Source of the DNA: a candidate division WOR-3 bacterium
GTDB taxonomy: Bacteria > Hydrothermota > Tepidihabitantia > SM23-42
Assembly (NCBI GenBank): GCA_020341755.1
Contig: CP070834.1
Span: 2,061,144-2,105,810 of the forward strand
Length of the DNA stretch: 44,667 nt
Direction: 5' to 3'
A program made the translations under genes and the position numbers. The notes beneath the pieces are model-generated. The model was not told the DNA's origin, did no database searches, and worked only from the letters and a program-made list of their open reading frames with translations. Below are positions 40,070 through 44,667 of this stretch, in pieces (position 1 is the stretch's first letter; each line of letters begins with the position of its first letter).

Positions 40070-40525
40070 CTATTTCTTTAGATCTTTCAGCTTTTTAACC
40101 TCTTTGATCATCTCTCGGATTTCACGGTTGAATTCATCCTCGAAAATCAGATATCGCGCCTGCTGAACCGGGGTAAGGATCTTTTTGATCTCTGCCATCT
40201 TCGCTATCTGCACCTCCATTTTTTGGCGGTTCATCTCCTGGTAGCGGGACAGTACCTCGGTAAGCTCTTCATCAGATGCCTTGCGGTCCAGAAGATCCTT
40301 CAACTCAACGAGTATCCGTCTTTTTTGTTCGTTATACGTTTTTTCGATCTTCCTCAATTCATTCAATTTCGGGAATAGCATTGCGGTTTGTTCCGTGGAA
40401 AGGTCGAGTTCCTGCGTGAGCCGCCATATTCTGATCTTCTCGATGATCGCGCGTGGATCCTGTTCGTCTGCACTTTGTGCGATCAGCAGCGGCGCGAGCA
40501 TCAATAAAAACAGTGCTTTTTTCAT
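40070..40525 (-). CDS. Spy/CpxP-like periplasmic protein
   Basis: Signal peptide, ELDLSTEQ and ILTPVQQARY (LTxxQ motifs); SD AGGAGG. Confidence 0.7.
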   Translation of the reverse strand: MKKALFLLMLAPLLIAQSADEQDPRAIIEKIRIWRLTQELDLSTEQTAMLFPKLNELRKIEKTYNEQKRRILVELKDLLDRKASDEELTEVLSRYQEMNRQKMEVQIAKMAEIKKILTPVQQARYLIFEDEFNREIREMIKEVKKLKDLKK

Positions 40526-40646
40526 GTCACCTCCTTTTCTAGGGCTGATTGTGATGCACTGGCAACAGTCCTTCCATGCTTTTTCGATGAGCCTATGCTG
40601 TAAGACGCTGTCGATATGGTAGTCGGTTTAATCCCGGAAGATGAGG

Positions 40647-40820
40647 TCAGTCCTCTTCCTCATCGTACGGTTCGAATTGATCGAGCTCAGCACCGCATAC
40701 CGGGCAGATCCAATCCTCGCTCAGTTCATCGAACGTGGTCCCTGAAAGAACACCATTATCCGGGTCGCCAAATCCAGGATCATAGACGTAACCACATTCC
40801 CTGCACTGCCACTTTCCGAT
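40647..40820 (-). CDS. Rubredoxin with non-canonical ATC start (not in ORF track)
   Basis: Manual translation (I/M)[56 protein letters not shown]; SD AAGGAGG 6 nt upstream. Confidence 0.85.
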   Translation of the reverse strand: MGKWQCRECGYVYDPGFGDPDNGVLSGTTFDELSEDWICPVCGAELDQFEPYDEEED

Positions 40821-40844
40821 TATCGACCTCCTTGAGTCGTTTGT

Positions 40845-40872
40845 ATTGTAGCAATATCACATGGGGTGTCAA
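40845..40872 (-). promoter_or_regulatory. Promoter TTGACA-N16-TACAAT for the rubredoxin
   Basis: tgtcaa 40867-40872, attgta 40845-40850. Confidence 0.7.
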
Positions 40873-40926
40873 GTAATCGTGTCCTGGAATATGTGTACTA
40901 TAACTGGTTATGTCCCTGTCCGGTGC

Positions 40927-42294
40927 TTAAAGGGATTCGTACAAGCGTTTATATTTTTTCGCGGATTCATCCCAAGAAAAATCATACTGCATGCAGCGTT
41001 CTGACAACGATGCGAACGAATCGCTGTTGGTGAAAGCCTGATATGCCCGGGACAGTGCATCGAGCAATGCATTCGGCGTATAGGATTTGAACAGGAAACC
41101 GTTGCCGGTCTGTCCTGCCGAATCGAATTCAGTGACCGTATCGGCAAGCCCGCCGGTTTGGCGTACGATAGGTACGGTACCGTATTTCAAGCTGATCAGT
41201 TGACCGAGACCGCAGGGTTCATACTGGGACGGCATAAGAAAAAAATCACTGCCTGCATATATACGGTGGGCGAGTTTTTCGTCGAACTTCAGGTTGATCG
41301 AGACCCTGGACGGGTACACCTGTTCAAACTGCTTCAGTTTGCGGTGGTATGCTTCATCGCCCACCCCGAGCAGAATGAAGTTGAACCCGAGCTTCATGAT
41401 ATCATCGAATATCTTGATAATGAGATCGAATCCTTTTTGATCGGCAATGCGGGAAACCATCCCGATCACGGGGTGATCGCATCGCAGATTGCACTCCTGG
41501 TTGAAACAGATCTTGTTGTGCTGTTTGCCCTGAAAATCCGCATAAGGCTCGGGTATCAAAGCATCGCTTGCCGGGTTCCAGACTTCATAGTCGATACCAT
41601 TGATGATACCGCTCAGATCATTCTTTCTCTGACGAAGTACGCCATCGAGACCGAAACCGAGTTCGGGGGTTTGGATCTCGAGGGCGTAATTCTCGGACAC
41701 GGTCGTTACCCGGTCGGCATAGACGATCCCGGCTTTGAGAAAATTTATATCACCGTAGTATTCGATGCCGTCAGGAGTAAAATATCCCTTCTCGATGCCA
41801 AGCAGATCGAACTTGTGTGACGGGAAACGACCTTGATAACCAAGATTATGTATGGTAAACACGGTCTTCACATCGGATTTTTGGTTTTTCAGGTACAGCG
41901 GGATCAAGCCGGTCTGCCAGTCGTGGCAGTGCACGATATCGATATCATTCCTGCGTGCTATCTCGACGGCAGCCTTGCACAAGAGAGTATACCGTTCGCA
42001 GTTATCTTTGTAATCGCCGCGGGCAGTTCCATAAAGACCATCCCGGTCATAAAAAGACGGATGATCGATGAATATAAATCCTTCTTTATCGTACATGCCC
42101 ACCTCGATGGATTTGCCTATATCAATGGTCAGCCGTTCGCCGGGCGAGCCCTCTATCCCCCGGTACCGGGGCATGAGAACATTCACGCTTACCCCGAGTT
42201 TTCTCAAAAATACAGGCAGGGCGCCGATCACATCGGCCAGACCACCCGTTTTGGCAAAGGGCAGCGCCTCGCTTGCGACGAAGAGAACGTTCAT
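40927..42294 (-). CDS. glgA: Glycogen synthase
   Basis: PFAKTGGLADV, HCHDWQT, TIHNLGYQG, GIINGID, SRIADQKG, EPCGL. Confidence 0.95.
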   Translation of the reverse strand: MNVLFVASEALPFAKTGGLADVIGALPVFLRKLGVSVNVLMPRYRGIEGSPGERLTIDIGKSIEVGMYDKEGFIFIDHPSFYDRDGLYGTARGDYKDNCERYTLLCKAAVEIARRNDIDIVHCHDWQTGLIPLYLKNQKSDVKTVFTIHNLGYQGRFPSHKFDLLGIEKGYFTPDGIEYYGDINFLKAGIVYADRVTTVSENYALEIQTPELGFGLDGVLRQRKNDLSGIINGIDYEVWNPASDALIPEPYADFQGKQHNKICFNQECNLRCDHPVIGMVSRIADQKGFDLIIKIFDDIMKLGFNFILLGVGDEAYHRKLKQFEQVYPSRVSINLKFDEKLAHRIYAGSDFFLMPSQYEPCGLGQLISLKYGTVPIVRQTGGLADTVTEFDSAGQTGNGFLFKSYTPNALLDALSRAYQAFTNSDSFASLSERCMQYDFSWDESAKKYKRLYESL

Positions 42295-43292
42295 AAGATG
42301 TTCTTGAGATACGAAGCCGACTCTTCGGGACCGGTCGGATTAATATAGAATCCTGTCCCCCATTCAAAACCGGCTATGTGCGTGAGCACCGGGATGATCT
42401 CCAGGTGGAAGTGGTAAAATTCAATACCTTTCAAGGTAATGGGCGTCGTGTGAATGATGTAGTTGTACGGCGGTATGTTCAGCGCTTTTTTGATCCTCAT
42501 CAGACAGTCCTTGAGGATGGATGCCAGGTCATCGAGCTGCTGCTCGGTGGCTTCTTCGAAATTCGACATATGCGACCGCGGCAGTATCCAGGTCTCGAAC
42601 GGGAATCGCGGTGCGAAGGGACAGATCAGGATATAGGAGTTGTTCTCGCTGATCAGACGTTTCCTGTCTTTTGTCTCCTGCACGACGATATCGCAGAATA
42701 TGCACCGGTCGCGGTACTCGAAATAACGCCGGGCGCCGTCCATTTCTTCCGTGACGCGTTTGGGAACGACCGGTGTAGCGATCAACTGCGAATGGCTGTG
42801 TTCCAGTGACGCGCCTGCCGCGGCTCCGAAATTTTTAAAGATCATGACATAACGGAGCCGCGGGTCATTCTTCAAATCTTTTATCCTTTGCTGATACGCA
42901 TAGATGACATTTTTGAAATGGGACAGTTCCAGGTCGGCAAGATCGGCTTCGTGGTCGGGTGTTTCGATGATGACCTCGTGGGCTCCGATGCCGTTCATAC
43001 GATCGTATATGCCTTCTCCGTGGCGGTTGATATCTCCTTCGATCAGCAAGGCGGGGAATTTATTCGATATCACCCGCAGTGTCCAGCCGGGCGTATTCGG
43101 CTCGGTACCTTCTGTGCGGTACGCGAATATCTCCGGTGGTGTAGCAGCTTCGTTTCCCGGACAGAACGGGCATGATTTGGGCGAAACGACCTTTTTTTCC
43201 GGTGCCGCCTTGAAATCCTTGGGTCTTTTTGCCCGCTCGGTCGAAATGATGACCCAGCGACCGAGCACGGGGTCTTTCCTGAGTTCAGGCAT
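42291..43292 (-). CDS. galT: Galactose-1-phosphate uridylyltransferase family protein
   Basis: RAKRP, CPFCPGNE, NKFPAL, FKNFG..AGASLEHSHSQ, AGFEWGTG. Confidence 0.88.
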   Translation of the reverse strand: MPELRKDPVLGRWVIISTERAKRPKDFKAAPEKKVVSPKSCPFCPGNEAATPPEIFAYRTEGTEPNTPGWTLRVISNKFPALLIEGDINRHGEGIYDRMNGIGAHEVIIETPDHEADLADLELSHFKNVIYAYQQRIKDLKNDPRLRYVMIFKNFGAAAGASLEHSHSQLIATPVVPKRVTEEMDGARRYFEYRDRCIFCDIVVQETKDRKRLISENNSYILICPFAPRFPFETWILPRSHMSNFEEATEQQLDDLASILKDCLMRIKKALNIPPYNYIIHTTPITLKGIEFYHFHLEIIPVLTHIAGFEWGTGFYINPTGPEESASYLKNIL

Positions 43293-43359
43293 AGACCCCT
43301 TCCTTACGTGCAGGACCGTACATTATCCCGCGGGGATACCATCCACCCGTGCACCATGT

Positions 43360-44667
43360 CTATTTTTCTTGTTGTGTTTCTGGATCTGGTACCTCATCGC
43401 CGGCGTCTTCTGGTGTTGCTTCATCAGGAGTCGGTTCGACCAGATATATCTCCACCTCTGCCTCATCTCTGATCTTCTGGAGAAAAGCATCAGCGACTTC
43501 CCGCTGCCGCTGCCTGGTCAATCTTGATTCAATACCACGGGCAACGTCCTCATACGACCGGTATGTTGGAGGGTTGTTTTCGAGGACGTACAGAAATACA
43601 AACAGTGAATCGTTTTCAGCGAAGACGGTAGTGAATCCGCCTGCCTTGGTTTTGAACGCAGCATCCTCATAAGTCTTTGATTTCATACCCTTTCTGATGA
43701 TACCAACCTCGCCCCCGTTCTTACCAGAGGGCAGTATCGAGTGTTCCCTGGCAAGACTATCGAACACCTCTGGTTTCGCCAGGACGATTTTTCTGCGTTC
43801 AGTGGCAAAGGAACGTGTTTCTACACCGATCTCTTTGCAGCGAAAATTCTCAGGGACCCTGAATTCTTCTTTGTGTTCGTCATAGAAGCGTTTGACTTCC
43901 TGGCTGTCTATCTGTACGCCGTCCACAACGATCTTGCGGTAGAGTCCGTTCTCGAACAGCCGCTGGTTTATTGTGATCATTTCAGTTACATACCCGTCGT
44001 GCAGGAAATACTTATTGCGTTCAGCGTGTTCCAGTTTGAGATTCTCTTCGATCATAGTTTCCATGAATTTGTTGAATTCTTCCGGATTGGCAAGATTGAC
44101 CACGGCGAATTGCGGTTGATTTGCATTACGGTAGATGACATCCTCAACCGAGATCTCTCTGGCGTTCACCGTTGCCACAAGCGAATCGTGCTCAGGCCCG
44201 AGGCTGTCACCGAGGGATTCCATGAATATTTCTGTCTTTGATTTCTTTCTCAGGGTTTTAATTAGCTTTTCCTCGAGTTCCTTCATATTCTGATTTTTAA
44301 GCGCACCCAGTACCTGGCTCTCGACGCTCTTGTAGTCCCGGTAACTCTTCGGTGTATGTTCGTTCACCAGGTAGATACCGAACTTGTCGTCGAACGGTAT
44401 GACTCCGACGGGTGTATCGAGTTTTGCTTTAAACAGGGCTTTTTCAACCGGTTCAGGTTTTGACCCCTTATACACCACACCCATCATGCCGCCGCTCGTT
44501 TTCGTTGGAAGTACCGAGTATTGTTTAGCCAGCGTATCGAAACTCGCCATATCTTTCGAAAGCGAATCGAGTATGAATTCTGCGAGGCTGTCGGATTCCA
44601 CGACGATCTCTTTGCCGCGCACTGATTCGCGTATTACATAATTTTCTTTGTTCTTTTTGTAGTATTT
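43360..44667 (-). CDS. Multi-domain parvulin-type peptidyl-prolyl isomerase (SurA/PrsA-like), partial; 5' end off window
   Basis: Two rotamase motifs FDTLAKQYS..GGMMG and FDSLAREHS..GGEVG; frame stays open from 44622 to the window edge. Confidence 0.85.
   Translation of the reverse strand, partial: KYYKKNKENYVIRESVRGKEIVVESDSLAEFILDSLSKDMASFDTLAKQYSVLPTKTSGGMMGVVYKGSKPEPVEKALFKAKLDTPVGVIPFDDKFGIYLVNEHTPKSYRDYKSVESQVLGALKNQNMKELEEKLIKTLRKKSKTEIFMESLGDSLGPEHDSLVATVNAREISVEDVIYRNANQPQFAVVNLANPEEFNKFMETMIEENLKLEHAERNKYFLHDGYVTEMITINQRLFENGLYRKIVVDGVQIDSQEVKRFYDEHKEEFRVPENFRCKEIGVETRSFATERRKIVLAKPEVFDSLAREHSILPSGKNGGEVGIIRKGMKSKTYEDAAFKTKAGGFTTVFAENDSLFVFLYVLENNPPTYRSYEDVARGIESRLTRQRQREVADAFLQKIRDEAEVEIYLVEPTPDEATPEDAGDEVPDPETQQEK

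Noticed and set aside
40602-40630. ECF-sigma-like promoter (TAAACC...CGTCTT) upstream of the Spy-like gene
   Set aside because: Spacing does not fit cleanly and there is only one example
40616-40876. 86-aa plus-strand ORF
   Set aside because: Antisense to the real rubredoxin at 40647-40820

Overview
Bacterial chromosomal window from a diderm organism (BamA, Skp, LolA, TonB, proteins with T9SS/FlgD-like C-terminal domains). Gene style suggests an FCB-related uncultured lineage such as candidate phylum WOR-3, which is inference only. Content is mostly housekeeping: hisS, deoD, the rpmH-rnpA-yidD-yidC-jag-mnmE cluster (without dnaA next to it), folP-cdaA-sppA, lolA-rimO, clpC-bamA-skp and galT-glgA, plus two HD-GYP proteins and a cheW-MCP-cheW cassette. 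I found no CRISPR array, mobile element, rRNA or tRNA. The most notable signals lie outside the ORF track: (1) a self-contained ~135-nt structured RNA candidate at 5032-5165(-) with its own promoter and terminator in a ~900-bp AT-rich gap; (2) a consistent TTGAC-N16-TAnnnT promoter architecture, with about half of these promoters giving leaderless mRNAs; (3) a second rubredoxin with promoter and strong SD but an ATC start codon; (4) a tryptophanase/TPL-family lyase with altered catalytic residues; (5) a HEAT-repeat/HD-GYP pair sharing a paralogous N-terminal domain. All calls come from motif reading by eye; no searches were run.
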